A DNA stretch of 57,114 bases from the NCBI GenBank assembly GCA_903832475.1, contig CAILBQ010000461.1, positions 1 to 57,114 of the forward strand. The letters are read 5' to 3'. Made by a program: the position numbers and the translations under genes. The notes below the pieces were generated by a model. It was not told the DNA's origin, did not search any database, and saw only the letters and a list, made by a program, of their open reading frames with translations. The DNA comes from an uncultured Acidobacteriota bacterium. GTDB taxonomy: Bacteria; Acidobacteriota; Terriglobia; Terriglobales; Acidobacteriaceae. Shown in pieces: positions 27,059 to 36,159 of this stretch (position 1 is its first letter; every line of letters begins with the position of its first letter).

Positions 27059-27291
27059 ATCCCATCCATCGCGCTAGGCGCGCGGATGGATGGGGCACAA
27101 GGCGGACGCGCTTCGCGCAAAAGCAACAGCAGATTCCCCTGAGGGGAATGACAGAAAGTAAAGCAACGGCAAAGACAACCGCAGGGCCTTCGACTCGCTT
27201 CGACCACACCGGCGACGAAGACCTGTCGCCGGGGACCCGGCTGCGCTCGCTCAGGATGACGGCCATTTTTTGTTCGCTCGCTCAGGATGAC
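27059..27291 (+). repeat. Stacked and nested REP-like elements (C, B, D with inserted hairpin, partial D)
   Basis: C 27061-27098; B 27128-27171; D 27177-27260 containing CCGGCGAC-gaagacct-GTCGCCGG; extra TTCGCTCGCTCAGGATGAC ending 27291. Confidence 0.8.
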
Positions 27292-27319
27292 GGGATCCTG
27301 ACGAGGGTCAGCCGAAAAG

Positions 27320-28093
27320 CTAGGGGCTTGCAGTTTGCATGACGGAGATCAGGTCGCGGGCGACTTGTTCGGTGTCGGTCTGCTGGACGAGCTGGGCGAA
27401 GACGCTTTCGAGGTCGGGGAGTTTCATGTAGTTGGTGAGCTTGGCGGGTGGGGCGTCGGCTACAACGTGACCTTTGGAGAGGATGATGACGCGGTCGCAA
27501 ACGCGTTCGACGACTTCCAGGACGTGGGAGATGTAGAGGACGGCTTTGCCTTCGCGGGCGAGGAGGATGAGCAAGTCCTTGAAGAGACGGGCGGTGACGG
27601 CGTCGAGGCCGGAGAGCGGTTCGTCGAAGATGAGCAACTGGGGGTCGTGCATGAGAGCGGCGGAGAGGAGGACGCGCTGCTTCATGCCCTTGGAGTAGTC
27701 GGAGATGGCCGAGTATTGGCTGGCTTCGAGGGAGAAGACCTGGAGGAGGCCGCGGGCCTTGGTCTCGATGAGCTTCTCGGGCATGCCGCGGAGACGGCCG
27801 ACGAGCTGGAGGTATTCGAGGCCGGAGAGGTGGGTGTAGACCTGGGCTTCCTCAGGCACGTAGCCGAGGTGGGCGCGGAAGGCGGGCAGGTCGTCGTGGA
27901 TGTTGCGGCCGTGGAAGAGGACTTCGCCGTCGGAGGGCTCGATCATGCCGGTAATCATCTTGACGGTGGTCGATTTGCCGGAGCCGTTGGGGCCGAGGTA
28001 GCCGAGGACTTCACCGGGGGCGAGGGTGAAGGAGACGTTCTGGACGGCGGGGATGGTGCGGTAGCGCTTGGTGAGGTTGCGGACTTCGAGCAT
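27320..28093 (-). CDS. ABC transporter ATP-binding protein
   Basis: Walker A GPNGSGKST, signature YSKGMKQR, Walker B LLIFDEP, H-loop ISH. Confidence 0.97.
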   Translation of the reverse strand: MLEVRNLTKRYRTIPAVQNVSFTLAPGEVLGYLGPNGSGKSTTVKMITGMIEPSDGEVLFHGRNIHDDLPAFRAHLGYVPEEAQVYTHLSGLEYLQLVGRLRGMPEKLIETKARGLLQVFSLEASQYSAISDYSKGMKQRVLLSAALMHDPQLLIFDEPLSGLDAVTARLFKDLLILLAREGKAVLYISHVLEVVERVCDRVIILSKGHVVADAPPAKLTNYMKLPDLESVFAQLVQQTDTEQVARDLISVMQTASP

Positions 28094-28132
28094 GGGCGCC
28101 TCGTGAAACAGGGGACGGAAGCGTTCTTTACC

Positions 28133-28163
28133 CTATGTAGTACACTTTCTATGTAGTCGTCAA
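28133..28163. promoter_or_regulatory. Putative PadR operator in the divergent promoter region
   Basis: CTATGTAGT twice with 16-bp period (28133, 28149), next to a minus-strand TTGACG. Confidence 0.55.
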
Positions 28164-28205
28164 GTGGGCGGCAGGAGTAGGGTGTTTGCGTATGGGATTT
28201 CTGGT

Positions 28206-28544
28206 ATGAGTTCGGGAAAGCTTTCGCACAGTGTCGCGATTCTGCTGCGGGCGTTGCGGCTGGGGTATCGCTTCGGTTTCGAGATCATGGAGGCCACCGG
28301 TCTGCCGTCGGGAACGGTGTATCCGGCGCTGCGGCGACTGGAGCGGGATGGGCTGGTGGCTTCGGCGTGGGAGGCGGAAGGGATCGCGCAGCAGGAGCAG
28401 CGGCCGGCGCGGCGGTATTACCGGCTGACGGCGGAGGGGCTGGAGGCGGAGGAGGCGGGAACGAAGCGCTATCCGCTATTGTCGCGGCTGCTGGAGGAGA
28501 AAGAGAGTTCCACGACGGACGGCAAGCTGGTGGAGGCGCCATGA
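28206..28544 (+). CDS. PadR-family transcriptional regulator
   Basis: FGFEIMEATGLPSGTVYPALRRLERDG...W...RPARRYYRLT. Confidence 0.93.
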   Translation: MSSGKLSHSVAILLRALRLGYRFGFEIMEATGLPSGTVYPALRRLERDGLVASAWEAEGIAQQEQRPARRYYRLTAEGLEAEEAGTKRYPLLSRLLEEKESSTTDGKLVEAP

Positions 28545-29503
28545 GAGCTGCAAACGTTGAAGCATGGATGGTGCGGGGGCTGGGGTGGGTGGTTCCGGCG
28601 GGGCGGCGCGAGGATTGGCGGCGAGAGTGGCGGGCGGAGTTGTGGCAGGTGCCCGGAGGGCCGGTCGCGGGACGAGACTTCGGGAGAGCGAGCCTGCTGC
28701 GGGGGATGATGGCCGACGCGATTTGGCTGCGGCTGGATGGATTGAGCGGGTCGCTGCTGTGGAGTGTGCGGAGGAGGTCGGCGGCCGGGTGCCTGGTGGA
28801 ACTGCTGGCGCTGAGCGTTTTGTCGGTCTGCCTGGAGTGGATGCTGGCGGGGTCGTGGCGAGGTATGGAAGCGGCGCTGTTGCGGCACTTTCTGGGATGC
28901 TTCTTGTTTGTGGGGCTGCCGGGATTGTTTGTGGCGCTGGCGACGGCGGCGCTGCGGCCGAGGAAGTGCCAGAACACGCGGATGCACGTGCACCGGCTGC
29001 TGTCGGCGGGGGTGCGGTGGAGGTTGTTCCTGGGGGTGAAGGTGTTGCTGACCGTGGCGGCAGCGTTCCTGGGATCGGCGGTTGTGGCGCTGGCTGCACG
29101 GCGGGTGATGGTGTTTGGGGCGGATTGGGTGGAGTTGCTGTCGACTTCGCTGATGCTGATTCTGAGTGTGAAATGGGCGCTGGAGAACCAGGAGCGGCGC
29201 TGCCAGCATTGTTTGCGCATGCTGAGCCGGCCGACGCGGGTGGGGATGGCTTCGCGGAACTTTTTGGAGTGGAACGGGACGGAGCTGATCTGCGCGGAAG
29301 GGCACGGGCTGCTGCATGTGACGGAGATGCATGGGAGCTGGTGCTGGTATGACGTGTGGGTGGAGCTGGATCCGACGTGGCAGGGGCTGTTCCGGCCGCA
29401 AGTGCTGCGGGGTGGATCGGGCGTGCCGCAGACGGGGTATTTTCTGCTGCCGGGCTGGCAAGCTGAGTTTGTGAATCAAGTGGGGCTGAGGAGACAGGCA
29501 TGA
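28541..29503 (+). CDS. PadR-coupled membrane protein with C-terminal Cys/His (Zn-ribbon-like) motif
   Basis: ATGA overlap with padR; N-terminal VP-x-x-x-REDW-x-x-EW-x-AEL; about four TM segments; RCQHCL...ICAEGHG. Confidence 0.8.
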   Translation: MRAANVEAWMVRGLGWVVPAGRREDWRREWRAELWQVPGGPVAGRDFGRASLLRGMMADAIWLRLDGLSGSLLWSVRRRSAAGCLVELLALSVLSVCLEWMLAGSWRGMEAALLRHFLGCFLFVGLPGLFVALATAALRPRKCQNTRMHVHRLLSAGVRWRLFLGVKVLLTVAAAFLGSAVVALAARRVMVFGADWVELLSTSLMLILSVKWALENQERRCQHCLRMLSRPTRVGMASRNFLEWNGTELICAEGHGLLHVTEMHGSWCWYDVWVELDPTWQGLFRPQVLRGGSGVPQTGYFLLPGWQAEFVNQVGLRRQA

Positions 29504-29916
29504 GCGACGTGGAGATTGGCGGACCGGTGGTGAAGCTGGGTGAGATTGGGCAGATTGCGATTACGGTGAAAGATCTGCAGAAGGCCAAGGCGTTTTACAA
29601 GGACGTGCTGGGACTGACGTTTTTGTTCGATGCGGGGACGATGGTGTTTTTCCAGTGTGGAGGTGTGCGGCTGCTGCTGGGATTGCCGGAAGGGAAGGTT
29701 GAGGATGCGCCGGCCAACGCGGGGATGATTTTGTATTTCAAAGTCGCCGATTTGAAAGACACGTTCGAAGCGCTGAAGGGAGCTGGCGTAGCGGTGGTGA
29801 GCGAGCCGGCCATGGTGGCGCGGATGCCGGATCATGAGCTTTGGCTGGCGGCTTTCAAGGATCCGGAAGGGAATGTGCTGGAGCTTATGAGTGAAATAAG
29901 GGCAGGAAAGAATTGA
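29500..29916 (+). CDS. VOC/glyoxalase family protein
   Basis: IGQIAITVKD, FYKDVLGL, FKDPEGNVLEL; ATGA overlap with the upstream gene. Confidence 0.92.
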   Translation: MSDVEIGGPVVKLGEIGQIAITVKDLQKAKAFYKDVLGLTFLFDAGTMVFFQCGGVRLLLGLPEGKVEDAPANAGMILYFKVADLKDTFEALKGAGVAVVSEPAMVARMPDHELWLAAFKDPEGNVLELMSEIRAGKN

Positions 29917-30456
29917 ATGGAGAGGCCGGCGCTGAACGCTCAGCTTTCAGCCGACGAATTTCGCCATTGGTATTGGTTGAAAGAGGAGTTGGTCGTGTTT
30001 TGCCGGCTACAGGGGTTGTCCACTTCTGGGTTGAAGCGCGAGATTGAGGGACGGGTCGCGGCCTGCCTGGCCGAAGGCCGCGTCCCATCGAGGCCACGCG
30101 GGCGCGAGTTAGTAGCCCGGCGAACCGGGAAAATGCCGGAGCGGTTCAGCATGCATTCTGTAATCGGGGAGGGCTGGCGATGTGGGCCGGCTCTAGGGAA
30201 ATTCCTTCGGAGTGAGTTGGGGGATGGATTTCGATTCAATGCCGAGGTGCGTGAGTTTATTCATCATGGAGTGGGTCGACCGCTAGGCGAGGTGGCGGGA
30301 GTGTATCGGGAGAGTGCGGGAAGAAGGCGAGCCATTCCGGAGCAGCTGGAATACAACCGGCATTTTCGCGAATACTTTCATGCAAATCCTGGCGCGACCC
30401 GGGAAGCTGCGATCGCGGCGTGGTGGAAAAAGCGAGGCAAGCGTCGCGAAGTTTAG
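29917..30456 (+). CDS. SAP-domain / DUF6434-like protein
   Basis: F-x-x-WYWLKEEL-x-x-FCR-x-x-GL-x-x-SG-x-K, F-x-FN, Q-x-EYN, AIAAW. Confidence 0.75.
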   Translation: MERPALNAQLSADEFRHWYWLKEELVVFCRLQGLSTSGLKREIEGRVAACLAEGRVPSRPRGRELVARRTGKMPERFSMHSVIGEGWRCGPALGKFLRSELGDGFRFNAEVREFIHHGVGRPLGEVAGVYRESAGRRRAIPEQLEYNRHFREYFHANPGATREAAIAAWWKKRGKRREV

Positions 30457-30463
30457 GTCGAGC

Positions 30464-31060
30464 TTATTCCTGGGAACTTTCGCGGGCGGAGAGCCGTGCA
30501 AGCTGGCTGTCGATTTCGTCGAAGGCGGGCTGCATGTCGAGGCCGGTTTGGGTGGCGGCTTGTTCATAGAAGGTGCGGGCTTCGTGCCAGGAGGCGATGG
30601 CGGCTTCGGGGTGAGCGGTGGCGGCTTTGAAGAGTGCGTAACCGCGCAGGGTATTGGCCATGTCAAGCGGCTTGGTCTCAGGGTGGTCGCGGTAAATCAG
30701 GAGCGCTTCGTCGTAGTGGGCCGCGGCGGCGGGGGTGAGGTCGCCGTTTTCGCGCTGGATGTCGGCGATGTGGCGGATGGTGTGGGCCACGGCCAACGGC
30801 TGCTGGAGGGTGCGGTAAAGGTCGGCGGCTTCGCGGTGGTGCTGGAGAGCGGCGGGGATGTCGCCGAGGTCGCGCTCGATCTGGCCCAGGCCGCGGAGGG
30901 CTTCGGCGAGCTGAGGATTTTCAGGATCGGTGTCGCGATAGTGGTGGACGGCCTGGGTAAAGGCGGTTTTCGCTTCGGAGAGACGGTTCTCGCGACGGGC
31001 CTGGTAACCGGCGGCGATCAGCGATTTTGGGTCGGAGGGTGGTTCGGGAGAACGAGACAT
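30464..31060 (-). CDS. Tetratricopeptide repeat protein
   Basis: Repeated helical units LAEALRGLGQIERD, VAHTIRHIADIQRE, MANTLRGYAL. Confidence 0.85.
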   Translation of the reverse strand: MSRSPEPPSDPKSLIAAGYQARRENRLSEAKTAFTQAVHHYRDTDPENPQLAEALRGLGQIERDLGDIPAALQHHREAADLYRTLQQPLAVAHTIRHIADIQRENGDLTPAAAAHYDEALLIYRDHPETKPLDMANTLRGYALFKAATAHPEAAIASWHEARTFYEQAATQTGLDMQPAFDEIDSQLARLSARESSQE

Positions 31061-31107
31061 GAGGGATTGGATGCGAGATGGGTGGTCACGGTTGAGGGGT
31101 GGTGGTG

Positions 31108-31151
31108 ATCCCACATCTCCCGCGAAAAGCTGCGGGAGATATGGGGCACCC
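31108..31151 (+). repeat. REP-like family A element
   Basis: ATCCCACATCTCCCGC...GCGGGAGATATGGGGCACCC. Confidence 0.85.
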
Positions 31152-31180
31152 AGTTTACGGTGAGACACCGAATGCGGCGA

Positions 31181-32776
31181 CTATTTTGGGGTGGTGCAGG
31201 TGAAATTGGTGGCGTTGTTGATGTCGCCGGAGCCCTTGTAGGTGGCTGCTTCCGGATAGGGACAGAGGGGGCGGGTCATGGTGACGTGGGTGGTTGAGCC
31301 GGTGCCGGCGTACTTGGTGGCGATGATTTCGCTGGGGGCGGTGCCTTGCTCGACCCACTGTTCGAGGGCGGCGTAGAGGTTGTGCTGAGGGTCTTTCAGG
31401 GGGAAGAGGGGGCTGTCTCCAAACTGGCCGAAGCTGTCAGGGCCGGGGCCTTCGCCACAGTGCTGGACGCCGGGTGCCATGTAGAGGCGGAGCGAGGCAT
31501 TGGTCTGCTGCTGGCCAGTGACGCTGATGACCTGGTTGAAATAGTTCACGGTGTTGAGGGCGGAGATGGCGGGGTCGTTCCAACCGTGGTAAAGGATGAG
31601 CTTGCCGCGGCTGAGGAAGGGCTTCAGGTTTGGGTCGGTGGAGTCGAGGGCGGTAGCGGTTTTTTGCACGGCCGCCTGGAGGCCGGCGTCAACGGTGAAG
31701 GAGGTGTAGGTCCAGTTGGGATTGGAATAGACCATATCGGTGAAGAAGCCGGTGCCGAAGGCGTACATGGCGCTTTTGCCAGGGGCATCGCCGGTGATCC
31801 ACGAACCCCAGCCATTGTTGCCTAGTTCAGCGCCGGGAAGCAGGCCGGGGAAGACGAGTTGGCCGGTGGTTTCGTAGGTACCGGCGTAGAGCTTTTTGAG
31901 GGCGGCGGCCTGGGGCGCGGTGAGGCACTGGTCGGTATCGGTGGATTTGCAGAGCAGGGTGGAAGGGTTGAAGCGGCAAGTGCGCGGGTCGTTGAGGATG
32001 CCATCAGCGACGCCGTCCAGCTTATCGCAGGCGGCGAGCACGGCTGACTGGATGGCGGGCAGTTTGGCGGCGGGGATGTAGCTGGAGCCGCTTAGTTCCT
32101 GGACGCCGTTGACGGCGGCGGTAAGCAGGTGAGACCAGTTATTCGCAGGGGCGCCGGCGAGGATGCCATCGTAGTCGTCGGGGTAGCGCTGAGCTTCCAT
32201 GAGGGCTTCGCGGCCACCGTCGGAGCAGGCGGCGAAGTAGGAGCGGGTGGGGGCCTTGTCGTAGAACCTCGCGGTCAGGGTGCGGGCGGTCTGCGTCATT
32301 TCGTGGATGGCGCGGTAGCCGAAGTCGATGATCTTTTCAGGATGGTGGAGAGCCCAGGTCGCGTCGATGCCGCTGCCAACGTGGCCGGTGTCGGTGCCGG
32401 CGCTGGCGTAGCCGAGCGAGACGGCGACGGCAAGATTATCGAAGTCGATGACGCCGGCGAAGCCTCCGTTACCCTGTCCGCGGAACTTGCCATTCCAGGC
32501 GGCGACAGGCATCCACAGCTCGACCTTGATGTCGGAGTCGGAGGAGGGGATGAGCTGGGCGGTGACGCGGCAGAAGGCAGGCAGCTGCTTGTAGAACGGT
32601 GCGTCGTTGGTGGTTTCGGGAGGGGGGAAGGCACCGGCTTCGACGATGGCTGCGGAGAGGATCTTTACGTTGGTCAGGGAGGCTTTGGCGAGAGCGGAGC
32701 AGGATTGGGGAGAGGGCTGGGCCAAGGCGGCGGTGATGCCCAGGACAAGCATGGCGGAGGCGATTCGCTTGAGCAT
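31181..32776 (-). CDS. Secreted tannase/feruloyl esterase family hydrolase
   Basis: ACSDGGRE nucleophile, YHGWND and GVQHC (CS-D-HC motif), TRPLCPYP; signal peptide. Confidence 0.95.
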   Translation of the reverse strand: MLKRIASAMLVLGITAALAQPSPQSCSALAKASLTNVKILSAAIVEAGAFPPPETTNDAPFYKQLPAFCRVTAQLIPSSDSDIKVELWMPVAAWNGKFRGQGNGGFAGVIDFDNLAVAVSLGYASAGTDTGHVGSGIDATWALHHPEKIIDFGYRAIHEMTQTARTLTARFYDKAPTRSYFAACSDGGREALMEAQRYPDDYDGILAGAPANNWSHLLTAAVNGVQELSGSSYIPAAKLPAIQSAVLAACDKLDGVADGILNDPRTCRFNPSTLLCKSTDTDQCLTAPQAAALKKLYAGTYETTGQLVFPGLLPGAELGNNGWGSWITGDAPGKSAMYAFGTGFFTDMVYSNPNWTYTSFTVDAGLQAAVQKTATALDSTDPNLKPFLSRGKLILYHGWNDPAISALNTVNYFNQVISVTGQQQTNASLRLYMAPGVQHCGEGPGPDSFGQFGDSPLFPLKDPQHNLYAALEQWVEQGTAPSEIIATKYAGTGSTTHVTMTRPLCPYPEAATYKGSGDINNATNFTCTTPK

Positions 32777-32888
32777 TGGTTTCTTCCTAACTGGAGTCAG
32801 GAAGAGGATATCGCGATTCTGCACAATCGAGAGCGGGAGTTATCGGAGTGGGGTTTGGCCGGAAAGTGGGTCGTGATTCGATCGTCCT

Positions 32889-32982
32889 ATCCCACATCTC
32901 CCGCGCAGCGCTGCGGGAAATGTGGGGCACACGGTTTCCCGTCGAAGGCAACCGCAGATCCTCAGCTGCGCTCAGGATGACA
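32889..32982 (+). repeat. REP-like family A + family D elements
   Basis: ATCCCACATCTCCCGC...TGTGGGGCAC 32889-32930; GCAACCGCAGATCCTCAGCTGCGCTCAGGATGACA 32948-32982. Confidence 0.8.
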
Positions 32983-32988
32983 GCTTTT

Positions 32989-34212
32989 TTATGGATGTTG
33001 TTCAGCATCGGCCCAGTAGCTGTCCCGGGCGGAGATTTCGAGGTGGGCGTAGTTTTTTAGGTGAACGGAGATGGCGTGCAGGCCGGGGTGGGGAGACTGG
33101 GGCTGGAAGCTGAGGATGTAGCGGTTGGGTACGTGGTTGGCGATTTCGGTAAGGTTGCGCTGGATAGTTTTGGGATTTTTGAAGGTGTAGTATTCGCCGC
33201 CGGTGAGGTGGGCGACGGTTTCGGGGATGTTGCGATGGAATCCGCTGATGGCTGCTTGCACGGCGGCTTTGGCGATGGCCAGAGGCGGGAGCAGAAGGCC
33301 AGCGCAGTCGTAAGCCTGGTTGGTGATTTCTTTGCCGGTGCGCTTGCGGGGTTTGGCCTTGGCGGAGTCGTCGTCGGTTTCTTCGCTGTTCGGGGCGGGA
33401 GCGTCTGTGGATTTGGCTCCAGGTGCGGAGTCGTCGGGGCCCGATGGGGCGTTGGGGTTGGCCATGCAGCCGTGGTCGGGACCGGGTTCAGGATTGTTCA
33501 ATGCATGGGCCATTTTGGTACGTGTTTCGGTACCGATCGAGGAGAAGCCGAGAGCGTAGATGGTGGTGTTGGTGTCGCTGACGTCGCGGAGCGCCTGTTC
33601 GAGGGCGAGATGGCTGCCGCTGTCGAGGGTGTCGCTGATGAGCAGGATGGCGCCGCGGTAGCGCGGGGGCTGGTCTTTGAGGATGTCGACGGCGTAGCCG
33701 AGGGTGTCGAGGATGGCCGCGCCGTCGGCATCGGGGCCGGAGGCGGGGGAGATGTTCTTGATGGCGTTTTCGAAGACTTCGGACTCTTCTTTCGACTCGG
33801 GAGTGAAGTCGTGCACCAACCGAGGGGTGGCGTCGAAGGTGACCAGGGCGATGCGATGAGGGACGTTGCCAGCGAGAGCTTCGATGAGGGGGCCGAGCTG
33901 GCGGAATTTGTCGATTTCGCGTTTACCGGAGCCCCCGGTCTGGAGCGCGACGACGAGTGCCAGGGGTTCAGAGTCAGAGTCTTCTTCGAGATGAAGCTTT
34001 TGCGGGATGCCGTCGTCGGTGACGGTGAAGTCGTCCGCCTTGAGAGTAAAAACGGGGTCGCCAGTCTTGTTGGTCACCAGCGCGGGGACGAGGACGACGG
34101 TGGTCTTGCTGGAGAGGGTGGTGGAGCCTTGGTCGGCTTGCGCAAAGGCTGTCGGATGAGCGAGCGAGGTCGACAGAAGGGCGGCGAGGAAGGCTAGGCG
34201 CGGTCGGATCAT
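32989..34212 (-). CDS. Secreted VWA-domain protein (acidobacterial VWFA-related)
   Basis: V-x-VPALVTNK-x-G, DFTVTDDG-x-x-Q, AILLISD-x-x-D-x-GS, TGGEY, RYILSF, AR-x-SYW. Confidence 0.85.
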   Translation of the reverse strand: MIRPRLAFLAALLSTSLAHPTAFAQADQGSTTLSSKTTVVLVPALVTNKTGDPVFTLKADDFTVTDDGIPQKLHLEEDSDSEPLALVVALQTGGSGKREIDKFRQLGPLIEALAGNVPHRIALVTFDATPRLVHDFTPESKEESEVFENAIKNISPASGPDADGAAILDTLGYAVDILKDQPPRYRGAILLISDTLDSGSHLALEQALRDVSDTNTTIYALGFSSIGTETRTKMAHALNNPEPGPDHGCMANPNAPSGPDDSAPGAKSTDAPAPNSEETDDDSAKAKPRKRTGKEITNQAYDCAGLLLPPLAIAKAAVQAAISGFHRNIPETVAHLTGGEYYTFKNPKTIQRNLTEIANHVPNRYILSFQPQSPHPGLHAISVHLKNYAHLEISARDSYWADAEQHP

Positions 34213-34401
34213 CAACTTCCCCTGGGCTACTTTGAATCGGATGGATGCTGGAACGGGTCGCAGAGTTGGACGGACCGCCCTGAGTAGAGTCACTGCCGGC
34301 TTGAGGTTACGGACGGGCGGCGAGAGACGATTGTCTCGTTCTGCAGGTCATTCGTTCCGATTCAAGTTCAGTGTAGCGGCCTACCAGATGATTTCGGGAG
34401 T

Positions 34402-35049
34402 TTATCGGAAAGGTCTGTAGGCGACGCCGACCTGGAAGCCATTTGGATCGAGCTGGTGGTTGGGCTGGTTGGTGAAGCCGGGGGAGTTGAGCCAGAGCTG
34501 GTATTCGTATTCGGCGCGGACCGTCAGGCGATGGTTAAGGCGGCAGTTGAGACCGGCTCCGGGGGCTGCGGCGAAGTAGCTGGCATCGCCGATCTGGAAG
34601 GGGTAGTGAATTTTGCCAAGTCCGACCATACCTTTGGCGTAGGGCTGCAATCGGCGCCATTGGAAGAACATGTATCGGGGACCAGCGAGATAGCTGCTTT
34701 CGGTTTCGCCGTAGAAGTTGCCGAAGTGGAGAAAGCGGGCATCCGCTTCGATGCCAATGTGGCCGTTGAAATTGAAGTCGGCGAAAGCGCCAATGCCGGA
34801 GAGGCGCTGGTTGCTTTGATAGGGGAATGAGGCGTTGAAGTTGGAGTATTCGGCGCCGATCCAGAAGGACTTGGTCTGGCGAAAGGCGGAGGGGGCAACC
34901 TGGGCGCGGGCGCGGGGCGGAAGTTCCCCGAGGAGCAGGAAGAACGCGATGAACAACGAAGCCAGGAGTACGGAGCGATAGATGCTGCCAAAAGGCACGG
35001 GTGCCGGGCTGGATGAAGCGGGATGATCAGAAAAGGTTCGCGTCGACAT
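34402..35049 (-). CDS. Outer-membrane beta-barrel protein (8-stranded type)
   Basis: Signal peptide; alternating beta strands (IGIEADARF, YLAGPRY, PYAK, VRAEYEYQ-x-W, P-x-GFQVGVAYR). Confidence 0.85.
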   Translation of the reverse strand: MSTRTFSDHPASSSPAPVPFGSIYRSVLLASLFIAFFLLLGELPPRARAQVAPSAFRQTKSFWIGAEYSNFNASFPYQSNQRLSGIGAFADFNFNGHIGIEADARFLHFGNFYGETESSYLAGPRYMFFQWRRLQPYAKGMVGLGKIHYPFQIGDASYFAAAPGAGLNCRLNHRLTVRAEYEYQLWLNSPGFTNQPNHQLDPNGFQVGVAYRPFR

Positions 35050-35070
35050 GGTCTTCCTTGGGAATGCGGA

Positions 35071-36159
35071 TCAGAAAAGCGATTTCACGGTGACGGAGAT
35101 GTTGGCGCTGTGGGTGCGCGTGGGGCCGGTTCCGTTGGTTGCGGCGGTGATGCTGATGGTATATGTCCCGGGGGGTGTTCCGCCGGCGATGGGGTGGTTG
35201 TCGTGGTTAGGGTCAGCAATGGCGATGGGAGTCTGGAAGGTTCCGAGGCCGTCGGCCAGCGAGTTGTGGTCGCCGAAGACTTTGCGGGCGATGGGGTTGG
35301 TGTTGAAGGAGCCGTCGGGGTTGCCGTGCAGGATGATGAGGTCGGAGGCGCCGTTGATGTCGCCAGTGATGGTTTCCTCGTAGCCGCAGACAGCGTCGAG
35401 GTGCCCGTCGCCATCCATGTCGTGGAAGGCGCAGGAGGCGTCGTAGTAGCTCAGTTCGGCGTAGCTTATTTTGGTCTGGAAGGAGCCGTCGCCTTTGCCC
35501 AGGGCGACTTCGGGACCGAGCGGGAAGAGCAGGTCGGGGATGCCGTCGCCATTGATGTCGGCCGTGACTGGCAAGACAACGTTGACGCCGGATGGAGCCG
35601 GGATGGGGGCTTTGAAGCCTCCTTTGCCGTCGCCGAGGAGGATGTCGGCTTGCTGAGAGATGGCTTCGACGATGTAGAGATCAGGGAAGCCGTCGTTGTT
35701 CAGGTCTCCGACAAGGGAGATGAGGGGGATACCGTAGCCTCCGGAATTGAGGTTGGTGGCGACGGGAGGCTGGAGGGTTCCGTTGCCGTTGCCGAGAAAA
35801 ACATGAAGGTACATGGTGGTCTGGTCGGCGCTGGCGCAGACCATATCCATGTGGCTGTCGTGATTGAAATCGGCGAAGAGGCAGACGGGCGGGCGGGTGG
35901 TGGCAATGGGATACGGGATGTCAGCGCCGGGAAGCCAGCCGCCGCCCGGCTGGGAGAGCAGGACGTGGAGGGTGACGGATTGGGTGGAGTCGCCCCAGAC
36001 AAAATCGGCGATGCCATCGCCGTTCAGGTCACCGGCGGCGACGCTGGCCGGGTCGATGGGGGTGGGGATGCGGTAGGGATTGCGGAAGCTTTCAGCGCGC
36101 GCGAAGGGTGCTGCGCAGAAGGCAGCGAAGAGCAGGGCAAGAGCAAGGCTGCGATTCAC
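35071..36159 (-). CDS. Secreted FG-GAP/VCBS repeat protein, probably internally deleted
   Basis: Signal peptide; repeats GDLNGDGIAD, ADFNHD, GDLNNDGFPD, ADINGDGIPD, HDMDGDGHLD; abrupt switch to the terminus GGTPPGTYTISITA...HSANISVTV. Confidence 0.8.
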   Translation of the reverse strand: MNRSLALALLFAAFCAAPFARAESFRNPYRIPTPIDPASVAAGDLNGDGIADFVWGDSTQSVTLHVLLSQPGGGWLPGADIPYPIATTRPPVCLFADFNHDSHMDMVCASADQTTMYLHVFLGNGNGTLQPPVATNLNSGGYGIPLISLVGDLNNDGFPDLYIVEAISQQADILLGDGKGGFKAPIPAPSGVNVVLPVTADINGDGIPDLLFPLGPEVALGKGDGSFQTKISYAELSYYDASCAFHDMDGDGHLDAVCGYEETITGDINGASDLIILHGNPDGSFNTNPIARKVFGDHNSLADGLGTFQTPIAIADPNHDNHPIAGGTPPGTYTISITAATNGTGPTRTHSANISVTVKSLF

